Both the position numbers and the translations under genes were made by a program. Below the pieces are notes generated by a model. That model had not been told where the DNA came from, ran no database searches, and saw nothing but the letters and a program-made list of their open reading frames with translations. A stretch of DNA of 59,005 nucleotides, filler included, from Stramenopiles sp. TOSAG23-2 (taxonomy: Eukaryota), in the NCBI GenBank assembly GCA_900128395.1. It is 3 parts of 3 records of this genome, joined end to end, with 100 filler letters (N's around TTAATTAATTAA, not from the genome) between each part and the next. Parts side by side here need not be neighbours in the genome. Positions count along the whole stretch, not along the records: positions 1 to 19,687 come from LT649576.1; 2 more parts are not named here. The stretch is one strand, 5' to 3'. Below are positions 1 through 11,497 of the stretch, one piece after another (position 1 is the first letter of the stretch; each line of letters begins with the position of its first letter).

Positions 1-1
1 A

Positions 2-1666
2 TTCCATTGTATTTTTCATGCACGTACGACATTTTTCATTTATATCAATCCTACAAATCGGATAAATATGTTGGTTGCGCAGCGAAAAAAATACTGGACG
101 CGTATCAATGCAGAATTAGCCGAGAGGCAACGAGTTGCATCCACCATGATTCAATGCACTTGGAGATCTATGAAAGCTAGGATGGAATTACAACGTAGAA
201 GAGAAGTGAAAGCTAGGCGTTTCTTACAACGAGTGTGGCGTGGTTGTATAGCGCGCCATGGTATAGTGTGGATTAAACGAAAGGAAAGAGAACAAAATCG
301 ATTTCGCCATCGTGTATTGTTTAGATTATCAAATCAAATAGCAGTATGGGCATTGAATGGTTGGCTAACTTATGTGAAGCAAGAGCAACTATGGAGACAG
401 CGATTATATTTAGCACGACAAATTGCAGAAGCAAAATGGAAAATGCATTGTGCTATTCGTATACAAAGAGCTACAACAATTTTTCTGAAAGCCCGCCAAA
501 GCAAAATAGATCCTATATTAGCAAGGTTGCATCCGCGTTTACTTAATTTAGTAAATGATTTTATAGCAACATTAGACTGGCAGACGTTTGTACATGAGTT
601 GGTGGAAGATGCGAAAGCACGGCAAAATCCCGAGCTGAAAATTATCCAAGATGCACAGCGGCTAAACATGCATTTGCCTTTGATGGAATTGGATTTGAAT
701 GACGAATTTGTATGGCGTGCGGTTGAAAAATGGATAAGTTGGCGACCATGCCCATTGGGACCAGTAGGTATGTTAATTCCTACGTGCTTTTGGTATTTCA
801 TAGCTGAAGTGAACGAGCATTATAAAGATTATGATACGCTGACAAGGTACACGTGCGAAGTAGTACAACGATGTCAAGAAGAGGGTATGATAGCACAATT
901 GACACGCTTGCTACTTAGTGATTCCTATGATTGGCCACATAAACGCTGGAATAAATTAAATAAAAAAAATCGTCGATCTGTTATGAACTTACATGCCCAA
1001 AAGCGCGATAAAGCATCATTTTCTTATTTACGTTGGTTTATCGATGGGGAAGATTTATGCGGTCATTGCGGCGCTCTGTTATCATGGGATCAGAACGGAA
1101 AGTGTGCTATATGCAAGAAACACCGTTATGAGATGGAAACCTCAAGTGAAGCTTCTAGAGTAAAAAAATATAGACTGGGTAATCGTGACGGTAGCCATGG
1201 TAAACGCCCGGTCATTTTTGGTGTGGAAAATATCCAAGAACCTGTCTTTGATTTTTTATGCCATGCAGCATTTTGTATACATGCTCCAGTTGGACATTGG
1301 CGCAGATTAATGCCAAAAACACAAATATGGGAAGAAAGTCGTAATAAAATTGAATCAATAGTAGAACATTTAACAATACACAATATTCATACTATTGGCT
1401 CATTGTGGATATCGATATTGTCTGGAGAATTTCAAACCTTACCGATAGAAAAAAAATTAATGAAAAAAATTATGTTTCTTATGAAACAGTTGCATATTGA
1501 TATTATGACGTGGGTTTCTACTGGGCAACAACCAACTGGTAGTATTATTGTGGAAGATTCAAATTCGGATTTCCTACCAAATATACCGTCAATATTGATG
1601 ACAAAACCATCAATGTATGGTGGACGAAGTAGATTAAGTAGTAGAGGGGCGTACCGACGGCGTTAA
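2..1666 (+). CDS. IQ-motif protein with CxxC..CxxC zinc ribbon, 5'-partial
   Basis: Frame is open from the window start through the ATG at 68. IQ-like motifs IQCTWRSMKAR, LQRVWRGCIAR and IQRATTIF; CGHC...CAIC pair. Confidence 0.7.
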   Translation, partial: FHCIFHARTTFFIYINPTNRINMLVAQRKKYWTRINAELAERQRVASTMIQCTWRSMKARMELQRRREVKARRFLQRVWRGCIARHGIVWIKRKEREQNRFRHRVLFRLSNQIAVWALNGWLTYVKQEQLWRQRLYLARQIAEAKWKMHCAIRIQRATTIFLKARQSKIDPILARLHPRLLNLVNDFIATLDWQTFVHELVEDAKARQNPELKIIQDAQRLNMHLPLMELDLNDEFVWRAVEKWISWRPCPLGPVGMLIPTCFWYFIAEVNEHYKDYDTLTRYTCEVVQRCQEEGMIAQLTRLLLSDSYDWPHKRWNKLNKKNRRSVMNLHAQKRDKASFSYLRWFIDGEDLCGHCGALLSWDQNGKCAICKKHRYEMETSSEASRVKKYRLGNRDGSHGKRPVIFGVENIQEPVFDFLCHAAFCIHAPVGHWRRLMPKTQIWEESRNKIESIVEHLTIHNIHTIGSLWISILSGEFQTLPIEKKLMKKIMFLMKQLHIDIMTWVSTGQQPTGSIIVEDSNSDFLPNIPSILMTKPSMYGGRSRLSSRGAYRRR

Positions 1667-1895
1667 ATGCTTTCACTATGTACATTCGTAGAAATGAAAC
1701 GTGCTTGCAAAATCGACGTTTGTACGAAGGAGTTCGTTAAAAAATATACGAATAATATTCTTAAAATTTTTTATATACTGTGCGGTAACTTAGATTTTAA
1801 CCATCAATATATTATGCTATGCGGCATACACGAGATACATAATACGAATACGAATACTCGTACGAACTCGTAAAAAATAAAAAAATGTCAAAAAT

Positions 1896-3371
1896 TTATT
1901 TTGTTTTGGTTGGCATAACTTTTGCATTAATTTTGTCACCATTACCTTTTTGCTTTGGTCCTGCCTTAGCACCTTTTATCCCAATTAATTCTAACCCTTC
2001 GGATTTCATTTCACTTAGTTTCTTTGCTCTTAATTGTTTTTCCAAATCTTGCATCAAATCTTCATCCTCTGGATCATCATCGACCTCTATTTCCCCCTCT
2101 TCGTCATCTTTAACTTTGTTTGGTCGTATCTTTTGTTTGCACCAACGAATGTATGCGCACACTTTTTTTAAATGTAAGAAAATCATCGCTATAATAAAAA
2201 AACCCAAAGAAGCAATGAAAAGAGCAGCAATAGCGGTATGGATGGCAGGTCGGCATTCCCTTCCATCTACGTTAATACTTGGTATGGGATAATATCCGTC
2301 TGGACAATCGTAAATACATTTTCCATAATGCCAATAGGCACTATCTGTACAAATGTTACAAGTTTCATTGTTCGCACATTGTTTACAAAATTTACCGCAG
2401 TACTTGCATTTTATTCCAGTGAAATTATTTACAGATATATATCCTACTTCATATTCTCTTAATGGGCACGATGGCTCACAATTACCATTTAGTTGTTTGA
2501 CATACCCATCTTTACACACATTACAATCTTGGTAATTTGAATAACATGCTAAACAATTATTTACTATGCAGTTCTTGCAACTTTGATTATTTTTATTTGA
2601 CAATTCAATACCATACCCAATTTCACAAATACTACAATTTTCAAATGTAGTACAATAATCACAATTATCTTGACATCTTTTACATTCTTTTCCATATGAA
2701 CTATAAGTAACATCCCCTTTAGCAACATAATATAATTTACTCGGACATTCTTCTACACACGCATCACCATATAATACAGTATTATTGTAGCATACTTTAC
2801 AATTTGTTGCCGTCGTACATTTGCTACAATTTCCTTTGCACATAATGCATTGACCATCTATTGGTTCATCAGTAAAATAATAAGAACCGTCACTTTTTTT
2901 TTCATCACATTTTGTACACTCTGTCGCACTGGTACATGACTGGCAATTATTTGCACACGCATGGCATTCTTTACCAAGACCGGCCGAACCTAGTGTACTA
3001 AAATAATACATTGGACACGTGTCATAACATACGTCGTTTAAAAGACTTTTGTAATTTTGGCAAGTTGCGCAGTCATTTGCACCTGTACATGAGTAACAAT
3101 CAGATTTACAAGTATTACACCTACCACCTGTAAATTGACTGACTGGATACGTAGTAGAAGGACAAGCGTCCAAACATGAACCTGACGATTCTCCACTTAG
3201 GATATACAATAAGCGGTTTTCCGTACAAGTTGTGCAGCGCTGATCAGATGGACATATGCTACCAGCATCACACGTGTCGCAAAATTCGCAGCAAGTTGCA
3301 TCAACTACACGGACTAATAAGAAACAGTAAAAAGACAACAATGTGAAAGATAATAGTATTGAAAAATTCAT
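1896..3371 (-). CDS. Cys-rich furin-like/growth-factor-receptor repeat type I membrane protein (PCSK5/VSP-like ectodomain)
   Basis: N-terminal signal peptide; many CxxCxxxCxxC..CxxC..CxxxCP repeats; one TM segment (AIAALFIASLGFFIIAMIFL); acidic and basic cytoplasmic tail. Confidence 0.85.
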   Translation of the reverse strand: MNFSILLSFTLLSFYCFLLVRVVDATCCEFCDTCDAGSICPSDQRCTTCTENRLLYILSGESSGSCLDACPSTTYPVSQFTGGRCNTCKSDCYSCTGANDCATCQNYKSLLNDVCYDTCPMYYFSTLGSAGLGKECHACANNCQSCTSATECTKCDEKKSDGSYYFTDEPIDGQCIMCKGNCSKCTTATNCKVCYNNTVLYGDACVEECPSKLYYVAKGDVTYSSYGKECKRCQDNCDYCTTFENCSICEIGYGIELSNKNNQSCKNCIVNNCLACYSNYQDCNVCKDGYVKQLNGNCEPSCPLREYEVGYISVNNFTGIKCKYCGKFCKQCANNETCNICTDSAYWHYGKCIYDCPDGYYPIPSINVDGRECRPAIHTAIAALFIASLGFFIIAMIFLHLKKVCAYIRWCKQKIRPNKVKDDEEGEIEVDDDPEDEDLMQDLEKQLRAKKLSEMKSEGLELIGIKGAKAGPKQKGNGDKINAKVMPTKTK

Positions 3372-3970
3372 TTTAGAATATTGATAACTTTGATACTACA
3401 CTTTATTGATACAATACTAAACATTTCAACAAACACACAAAATTTATGACCAATGACTTAAATTTAAAAGTTATATATACATGTGTATATATGTATGTCC
3501 TTCCTTATAAAATGTGTTTTGTAGAATTGTAGCAATATATTTTTTAGATACAGATTTTATTATTTTTACGTCTACTGTATAATGTAGTATGATATGTATA
3601 ATATATCTATTATATTACGGTATTCTGTATTGATGTATAACGTCTTTCACAGTCAGATTAAGACAGAGACGCCTCTCTGATGTGGGTGCTGATTGCTGAT
3701 TTATAGATTATAGCTGATTGCTGATTAGATTAAAAAAATGAATTTCATAGACTAATAAATATTTTATATAATACAGTACTTTACAAAGTTATGCTATATT
3801 AATTATGTACGAATAAAAACAAAAAAACATAGAGTGTACCTGGTATAATAAAACACTGCTGCACTCATACTAGTATAGCGCTGCGTATGCGCATGCGAAA
3901 ATTTATACCCCTCTCCAGCTCTCCCAAAGGTTGCCAAACTTTAAAACTTGAGAGTAGGTTTCATTATATA

Positions 3971-5726
3971 CTATTGTTTTTCACCCGCCCCTTCCAAAAA
4001 TAGAAAATGACTTTTCAAAACATTGAATAATTCCCCTCTTATCTCTTGATACTTTGCATCAAACGCTAAATTCACAACTTCCCCATCTTCAGGTACAAAT
4101 CGCTTATCCGTGTGTCTGCGCAAGTCATATAGTTCAGGATATACACAAGTACCTTCAATTGCTTTTAATTTTTGGCCATCCCATTTACAGAAGATCGAAA
4201 ATCTAAAATTACTATATGTATAAACTGAAAATCCCATGTAATCAATTAAATTTCTTGGTGTCATGGCGCATGGGACTGTATAATACTTTCCATCTTCTTT
4301 CTGATCCCACACGCATTCATTTGGGGTACCACTTGTAGCATACGAAAGCGTGCAATTCTTACATCTACTAATTTGACTAAATGCATATTTTTTCAAAATT
4401 GATGTGGAAACATTTACATTATTATTATTATCAATAGAATCACCTAAAGTAGTATATAAAGCTTTCGTCAAATCAATTCCAGGTATATAAAAGGGTATCT
4501 TTGGTAGACCGGCTAATGCTACCACTGTTGGGAATATATCAACTAACTCTACTGGATAGTTATATTGTTCATTTGTTATTTTTCTATTTTGCACATTCTT
4601 TTGTATCGAAGAAGCAGCTGGTTTTATAATTAATGGTATTTGCAAACTAGTTTCCATTAAATTCATCATTGACCACATATTGAATTCTCCAAGGTTTTGT
4701 CCATGATCAGCCATTAAAATAATATTTGTATTTTCCATTAAATTTTTATCTTCCACATATTTCAAAAGTAATCCAATCATATTATCTACATGTGTTATAC
4801 CAGAATAATAATCCCTTCGTAATTTCTGTTGCATAGATATAGGAAGGTAAGAATCATGCGTAACTTGTCTAATATTTGAATACATATCTATTTCGGTTGG
4901 ACGAAACTGTGGAGCGTAGCGTATGAAAAGTTATATGTGTTAGAGGGTGTATATCTTTTTTGGGTTTACGGAAAAAATAGAATTTACTTACCCATTCCAA
5001 TCTAGATTTTGTTGTGGCATTTAAATTTTGTGCTACTTGAATATTGCTACTGTTTTTATAAAACTTTTTTGCAATAGCATCCGGATAACTCCAAGGTAAT
5101 CTAGGAGATTGGAAACCAACTGCAAGAAAGAAATTGTTATTGGAAGTGCTGTTTTTCTTAAAATAGTCAATTCGTTTTGTTGCCTCAATATAAGTTAAAT
5201 AATCAACATCTGAAAAATTGCTGCTGACATTGTTAAATGGGCAACTCATTGTATCATTTGGACATAATGGCTTCACAGGAAAATAGGGATAATCTGTCCA
5301 TGAGTTCGGAAAATCAAATTTCGGGGGAAGTTTTGGATGGAAAATCTTTCCGACAGACGTGGTATAATACTTATTCTTTTTAAAATATTCCGGCATAGTA
5401 ATCCAGTCGTCTCCAACATTTTTTTCTCTAAATGAATCTACAAAGTTATATGCTTTAGTTTCATTTGGGTATCTGCCAGTCAAAAAAGAATTACGAGATG
5501 GGGAACACCATGGAATCTGACAGTATGCACGAGCAAAAGTGGTTCCACCGTACCCTATTGAATCCATATTCGGCGTTTTAGCCTCTACATTGGTGTAAGA
5601 AGATAAGGCTGGTCGAAGATTATCTACAACAATTAATAAAATATTACTTGAAGCACTAGCTTTATCAACAAATATAATCAACGATAATAATGGCAAAAAA
5701 AAGAATAGTTGATAAAAAAATATCAT
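3971..5726 (-). CDS. Secreted sulfatase (iduronate-2-sulfatase/choline-sulfatase-like), two exons: 5726-4992 and 4906-3971
   Basis: Signal peptide; NILLIVVDNLR; formylglycine motif CSPSR-NSFLTGRY; GKIFH; ADHG. An 85-nt phase-0 intron (GTAAGT at 4991 to CAG at 4907) joins LEW to FRPTEIDMYSN in frame. Confidence 0.92.
4907..4991 (-). other. Spliceosomal GT-AG intron, 85 nt
   Basis: Minus strand reads TGG|GTAAGTAAATT...CTCCACAG|TTT. Removing it fuses the two sulfatase ORFs. Confidence 0.88.
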
Positions 5727-6045
5727 TTTATTTGATACAGGTTACATCTTTACCATAATTCATGCAATGTATTCAATATCAACCAAATTAATTCAGATGC
5801 AAAGATGGTAATACTGTATTACCACACACTACATTGTTTCATGGTAAAATAAAAAGCGATTCTACTGTTGTCTACACTTTGTTTTGAACTTCAATTTAAT
5901 AATACTAATAATAAAATTAATTTTTTGATTCACATCATCATCATCATCATCATTTTTTTATAAGTTTTTTTTTAAAATTTAAGGTAGCTACCTTCACCAA
6001 AGCCAAGCGGCTGCTGCGCTGCTGCCGGACTCGTCTCATAAAATT

Positions 6046-6585
6046 TTATAACGAAGCAAATATATATATAGATGACCATACACTTGTCATTGCCTCTTTT
6101 GTTTGTTTGTACCAGCCACGAACGCGAGGATCATATTGACGGGAACGTTGGATTCCTTGGTTATAAAGAACATTGCCGTTAGTGTTGTCTGCCCACCAAT
6201 ATAATCGCGTGTCATTGTCGCCAGCTTTTCTATCTGTATATTGATATGTGATAGGATCTGCTGTTTTTCGAAAATATCCGCTGAAGAATCCATTCTCGAA
6301 TCCAGCGTAAATCATGTAAATCGATGGAAATGAAATTAATTGCGCGAAGAAATTCTTTCTCATATTTTCAGTACCGGATACATCTAATAAACCAACCTGC
6401 ATGTTATGCTTTGTAATTTGATTGGGGATATGTGGCACTGACATGAATTGCTTGATTGTACTTTCGGTTCGTTTACTGATTTCGAAATTGAACGCTTGTG
6501 ATTCCACTTGTTGTACATTAATATTCACAATTGAAAATAGCAAAAGGAATGCTACAACTGTTACTTGACTTGGTTTCTTAAACAT
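6046..6585 (-). CDS. Secreted or membrane-anchored dCache-domain fragment, apparently C-terminally truncated
   Basis: Hydrophobic N-terminus; IYAGFENGFFSGY and YDPRVRGWY...WSSIYIF are typical dCache_1 segments; the ORF stops immediately after them. Confidence 0.6.
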   Translation of the reverse strand: MFKKPSQVTVVAFLLLFSIVNINVQQVESQAFNFEISKRTESTIKQFMSVPHIPNQITKHNMQVGLLDVSGTENMRKNFFAQLISFPSIYMIYAGFENGFFSGYFRKTADPITYQYTDRKAGDNDTRLYWWADNTNGNVLYNQGIQRSRQYDPRVRGWYKQTKEAMTSVWSSIYIFASL

Positions 6586-7587
6586 GTTGTAATAGTTTTT
6601 TTTTGGGTTGTTTTTGTATAATATGGTTATTATTGGTTTATATCTTGTATTAAATATTGTCTATCTTTTTAATTTTATATTTAATATCTTTATCTATGTA
6701 TGTTTATGTATATGTATATCTATATATCTATATATCTATCTATGTAGATATTTTTTTTGTGTTTTTTGTCGGTGTTTGTTGCTAAGACATGTTATTCCAG
6801 TGCTGCACTGCTGCTAAAATCAGTGATATAAATGGGTAAAATAAAAATAAAAAATGTAATTTTGTAATATATGAGGTAGAAACAACAGGTCTACCTGGTC
6901 TATAGCATTGGAATCTTCGTTTTTATAGACGTCTTGGGATTTCTTTTGGAAATAGACTAAGACGTCTGCATAAGTTCAATAATAGCCCTAATGATAGTGT
7001 TTCATTTTTGAAAGCAAGATTTCCATTTCTGAATGTTGCCCGGCTAGTGTTTTAGCGTTCGCACAGCATGCAATTCCTATGGCTATATGTCGGACAGTAT
7101 TACTAGTTAAGTAATTACTAGACTTCTTTTAGTTTTGTAGAGGAAAGAATAGGATGCGTACACGACAGCCTACAGAAGACTTCTTAAATTCTTAAATACC
7201 GGTGATTTTTGCAATGCGGAATGGATATTCTTCAAATATGCCATTTTAGCAAATGAACAAAAAGCAGTTACACACAAAATTGCTGAAGAAAAAAGTTCCT
7301 CTCTGGTTTCACCCTTTTTTACTTTCTTTGTTATAATACTATTTATTTCTGCCCGTTCACATCATGCTTTATTATTTAATAATACTTACTATCATCATAT
7401 AATAAGTAATAATAATAATATATAATATAGTACTATCTACAACACAATCTAAAGTTGCCTTGAAACATAAAACAACACGTAATCATTTACTGGTGCTATC
7501 AACACGAACTGATTGCGACAAACAACTTTGTATTTATCTCTACATAGTATTATTTACTAAGCTGCATTTTTAAAATTTTTTTCCAGC

Positions 7588-9528
7588 ATGTTGCCTTTAC
7601 CAAATTGTCGCATTATGCAGCCTGTTACAAGTTTTGCAATGTCCCCAACAACTGGCAATAAAAATTTGGTTGAAAAGGCTATCGGGAAAAATATGGGTCC
7701 GTTTTATGGCAAACAACAAGCAGATGAGTGGAAGAAGGAACTGCATAGAAAAGAATATGATAGACAGTACGGATTAAAAGCATATGATCCCGAAAAATAT
7801 CCAGATTTATATACAGAAGAAGAAAGAGAAGAAAGGCGAGATCGTTTCGTCAAATTAGCGGAGTATGAAAGAACAGTACCAGGTGGGTACAGTAAATTAG
7901 GCCCTAAAGACGACAAAATCACCTTACATGCTAGTGCTCTCTCGGGATCCATCAATCAATTTTCTCCCCGTTTTTTGGAAACGTTAGTAGGAACACCAGC
8001 CCATAAAGCCAATAAGTTTACAAAAGGCACGAAAGATTTATTGTTACTTGGACTTATGCCACAAGAGAAAGTCAAGCCAGATTTACATACAACCGATTTA
8101 GGTTATAATCCATTATTGCACAAATACAGTGGAAAACCACCAACGCATACAGCTTTGCAAAAACGTACTACTCGTGAAAGAACAGGCTATGTAGCGATTG
8201 CTGGTGGAAAAAAGGGAAAATCGGAATTTAGCGCCGAAAAGGATTCAAATATGAAAAAACATATGGAAAATGCATATTCACGCATTCCACGCGAGGTAGA
8301 AATTTTCAAAGATGAAACTGCTGACTTGCAGAACAAACTAAAAATGATTAAAACTAAAATTGGAAATGGTGAAGAAACAAAAAATTTGCTAGAGTACGAT
8401 CAAGAGCCTTTTCCGGATAAAGTGAAAGAAAGAAAGGAATACATGGAAAAATTTGCCGAGCAACTGAGTACGTACAATGACGAACGGCAGAAACAATTGA
8501 GTATTAATAAAAAAACAATGCAAACGAATTATAGGCTCGTAGATCCGTTTACTGAGCATCCCTACGGAATCAACTATGGCCGCACGGGTGAGCCAATAAA
8601 AGGTTATAACCCAATTATGGATCGCCCGAATAGTTTAAAAGAAGAATATGATTTGCAAATGAAGGAAAAAGAAGCATGTTTAAAACGAGTTGAAAAAGGA
8701 TTTCAGGAACAGATGAAAAAAGAATCAACGTGGAATGTGGTAACGAATTGTGACAAATTAACAGGAATTGAACATTTGACTCCACACGATGCAAAAGTAA
8801 TTCCACAACTTCAACGGGAAAGGATAGACAAAGCAACAGAAACAGCCAAGGAACTTACGAAAGTCATACAACATCATCATGCACCACACTTTCCCCAATC
8901 GTATTATGAAAAACAATTTCCTAAAGTAGGAAGGCATTGCGAACCAGTAGACGCAACTCACCATGTAACACACAGGCGGTATTATAAAAAAGAATTAGCA
9001 GACGAATACAACAGACTATTAGAACGTAAAGATGTCAATGTCGCAAAGCACAAAGAAGTCTCTTCTGGTGATTTAATATTCGGTAAAGTTGGTGCAAAAG
9101 AAAACAAAGTTAGAAAACCGGAAACAACAAAACCTAGTATATTTGATCCAATGATAGATAAAAATATGAAATATCCACAGAAAAGGGCAGCACCATTTAG
9201 ACATAAATATTATTTTGAAGGTCAAAAAAATCCAACTAAATATATCGAATACGATAGTGTTCAGAAAATCGGAGGTCGAATAGGTGATAGACCAAAAGAA
9301 TATATTATACCAATACCCCCACATAAACGTCCGTTGTGTCCTAAAGTTACACCAGTCAAGCATCGTAAGGTTTGTAGAGTAACATCCCCACCAAGATCAG
9401 ATGGCAATTTAAATATTTCTAAATTTAGTGTAATTGTTCCAAGTACACGAGTTGAATACGATCGTAGGCATATATATAATAAGTTTGGAAAAGTAGGCGT
9501 GGATTCTAAGAGCAAAGCATTTCATTAA
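7588..9528 (+). CDS. Hypothetical 646-aa basic, Pro/His/Tyr-rich protein, possibly axonemal
   Basis: Long ORF with coding-like composition and recurring YNPL/YNPI/WNVVT motifs. No family recognised. TTTTTCCAG just before the ATG could be a splice acceptor. Confidence 0.65.
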   Translation: MLPLPNCRIMQPVTSFAMSPTTGNKNLVEKAIGKNMGPFYGKQQADEWKKELHRKEYDRQYGLKAYDPEKYPDLYTEEEREERRDRFVKLAEYERTVPGGYSKLGPKDDKITLHASALSGSINQFSPRFLETLVGTPAHKANKFTKGTKDLLLLGLMPQEKVKPDLHTTDLGYNPLLHKYSGKPPTHTALQKRTTRERTGYVAIAGGKKGKSEFSAEKDSNMKKHMENAYSRIPREVEIFKDETADLQNKLKMIKTKIGNGEETKNLLEYDQEPFPDKVKERKEYMEKFAEQLSTYNDERQKQLSINKKTMQTNYRLVDPFTEHPYGINYGRTGEPIKGYNPIMDRPNSLKEEYDLQMKEKEACLKRVEKGFQEQMKKESTWNVVTNCDKLTGIEHLTPHDAKVIPQLQRERIDKATETAKELTKVIQHHHAPHFPQSYYEKQFPKVGRHCEPVDATHHVTHRRYYKKELADEYNRLLERKDVNVAKHKEVSSGDLIFGKVGAKENKVRKPETTKPSIFDPMIDKNMKYPQKRAAPFRHKYYFEGQKNPTKYIEYDSVQKIGGRIGDRPKEYIIPIPPHKRPLCPKVTPVKHRKVCRVTSPPRSDGNLNISKFSVIVPSTRVEYDRRHIYNKFGKVGVDSKSKAFH

Positions 9529-10131
9529 AGAAACGGAAAATATGTGTAAAAATATATATGTGCATCCACATGCGTATATTGGTTGTGTGTGTGTATTAAT
9601 GCTTGTAAATATTGTTTCAGTACTTTATTGAATGTAGAAATTACGATACATGTGAAATTATTTATGTTGTTGTTCTTCTTTCTTTTTTGACAAATTAAAT
9701 TATTAGTTCAATTGTACTATACCGGTTTACATCGTCGTACGTAGTACAGCTCTTTGTAAAGGTTTGTACTTCTTACATATTTGGTATACAAATATTGATT
9801 TTCCCCTATATATATTAACAGCCTTTTTATCTTTTATTTTTGCTGCTTTGCTGGTTTGCTGGTTTGCCTGGTTTGCTGGTTTGCACAAAAAAAATAGACT
9901 ATGGTGGTTATAGCAACTTAAACTATAGTAAAAATTAACTAAACTGGTAATAAAACTAAAACGTTATTATTATCAGAGAGATGTAATTTATTATTACCAG
10001 TATTTTTATTATTATTGTATTATTATATTTTATTAAAAATACATAATTATTAGTATACTACAAAAGTTTAAAGAATTAAAAGTCCCGTAATAGCTAAGAA
10101 TTCCCAACAAAAACATTACATATATTGCCAA

Positions 10132-11301
10132 ATGCAACAAATCATAGTAGGAGATCATGTCGTAGCGTCTGTACGCAATAAAAATTCGGGGGCAGCTTTT
10201 TTACGCGCAAGTGAAAATGTTTATCCAAGGAACAATACGGACATTGTTCACGGAGTGGTAACACAAATATATCGAAATGGTGCAATTGCACTTTCTGTTG
10301 GAAGTAGAAGCGCTAATGTTTGTTTCGTTAATGCTTCAGATGTGATAAATATCATCCCGAGACCATATATCAGTAGGAGAGATTTAAATTTTGCTAATTT
10401 AAATAGAATGCCAGGAGGTATCAGTCATGGCAGTGGTAATCAGCATGCACAAAATAGAAGAAAACCAAGTGAATCTTCACTACATATGAGGAAATCAAGT
10501 TCAGCGAAAAGTATTAACAGCAATAGTAGCAGTAGCAATAAGAATAAATATTTGTTTGATCACCATATTGAGATGTGGCAAGTGTTGCGCGGAATGGCAC
10601 ACCAGAAGAAAAATAAAAGACTTAATTTAAGCCAAAGTTTAGAAGAATTTAATGCCGAATCCAATTTGGATTATAACAATAATGGGAGGTTCCAGTCTTC
10701 TCCTCCTCATACAAACGTCCATGTCAATAATCATATATTATATAATCCAGAAAATAATAGCGATCATACAATGAAGTCAAAATTATTTTTAAAAGCTTTC
10801 CAAAAAAAGGAAGTGTTCACATTTCAAAGAAATAAATTTTCACGACCAAAATCTGCCCAATTGAATAATAGAAAGAAGAAAAAGAAATTGAAAAAACGAA
10901 AAAGTATAGCATTTGGTGACAATATTCATAGCCTCGGCAGTACTACTCAATACGATGAGAACTTTAAGACGCCAAGAGATGTTGAAAAGGATAGATTAAT
11001 GTTACTTAGCAAAGTTTTTACAAGTACAAATAATAATAATGATAGAGACATAAAGAACTCAAAACACCAAAACAATGATAAAAATCAAAATCTTTACAAG
11101 AGTAATAGCTACAATTTTAATACTAACGATAACGAAAACGAAGAAACGTGTGAAATGCGAAAAGATTATAAAGAGTATAACAGCAGAAAGTGTATTCGAC
11201 GACCTCGAACCTCGAATGGTACAGGTATATATGCAAGGCATGACGGCGCAAGAGAAAGAGCATTTTTAATAGAAGCAAGAAGAAATAAATTGCTTGGATA
11301 A
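10132..11301 (+). CDS. Hypothetical protein with a small beta-rich N-terminal domain and a disordered Asn/Lys-rich remainder
   Basis: 389-aa ORF with an A-rich leader; RPKSA and RPRTS motifs. Confidence 0.6.
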   Translation: MQQIIVGDHVVASVRNKNSGAAFLRASENVYPRNNTDIVHGVVTQIYRNGAIALSVGSRSANVCFVNASDVINIIPRPYISRRDLNFANLNRMPGGISHGSGNQHAQNRRKPSESSLHMRKSSSAKSINSNSSSSNKNKYLFDHHIEMWQVLRGMAHQKKNKRLNLSQSLEEFNAESNLDYNNNGRFQSSPPHTNVHVNNHILYNPENNSDHTMKSKLFLKAFQKKEVFTFQRNKFSRPKSAQLNNRKKKKKLKKRKSIAFGDNIHSLGSTTQYDENFKTPRDVEKDRLMLLSKVFTSTNNNNDRDIKNSKHQNNDKNQNLYKSNSYNFNTNDNENEETCEMRKDYKEYNSRKCIRRPRTSNGTGIYARHDGARERAFLIEARRNKLLG

Positions 11302-11497
11302 AAACGTTTTTGGATGTGTACAAATATATCATATTAATAAAAAATACGAGGAGGAGTATAATCGAGAAAACGTACGAGCGTACCCGATCGTATTTTATAT
11401 ATGGTATGTCAGTACAAGATATTATTATTTTTAAATCTTTATTTTTTATTATAAAAATATTTAAAATAAAAAATATACGTATATTTTCACATAAGTT

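Noticed and set aside
4869-4991. Sulfatase as a frameshifted pseudogene or two genes
   Set aside because: A canonical 85-nt intron restores one continuous frame.
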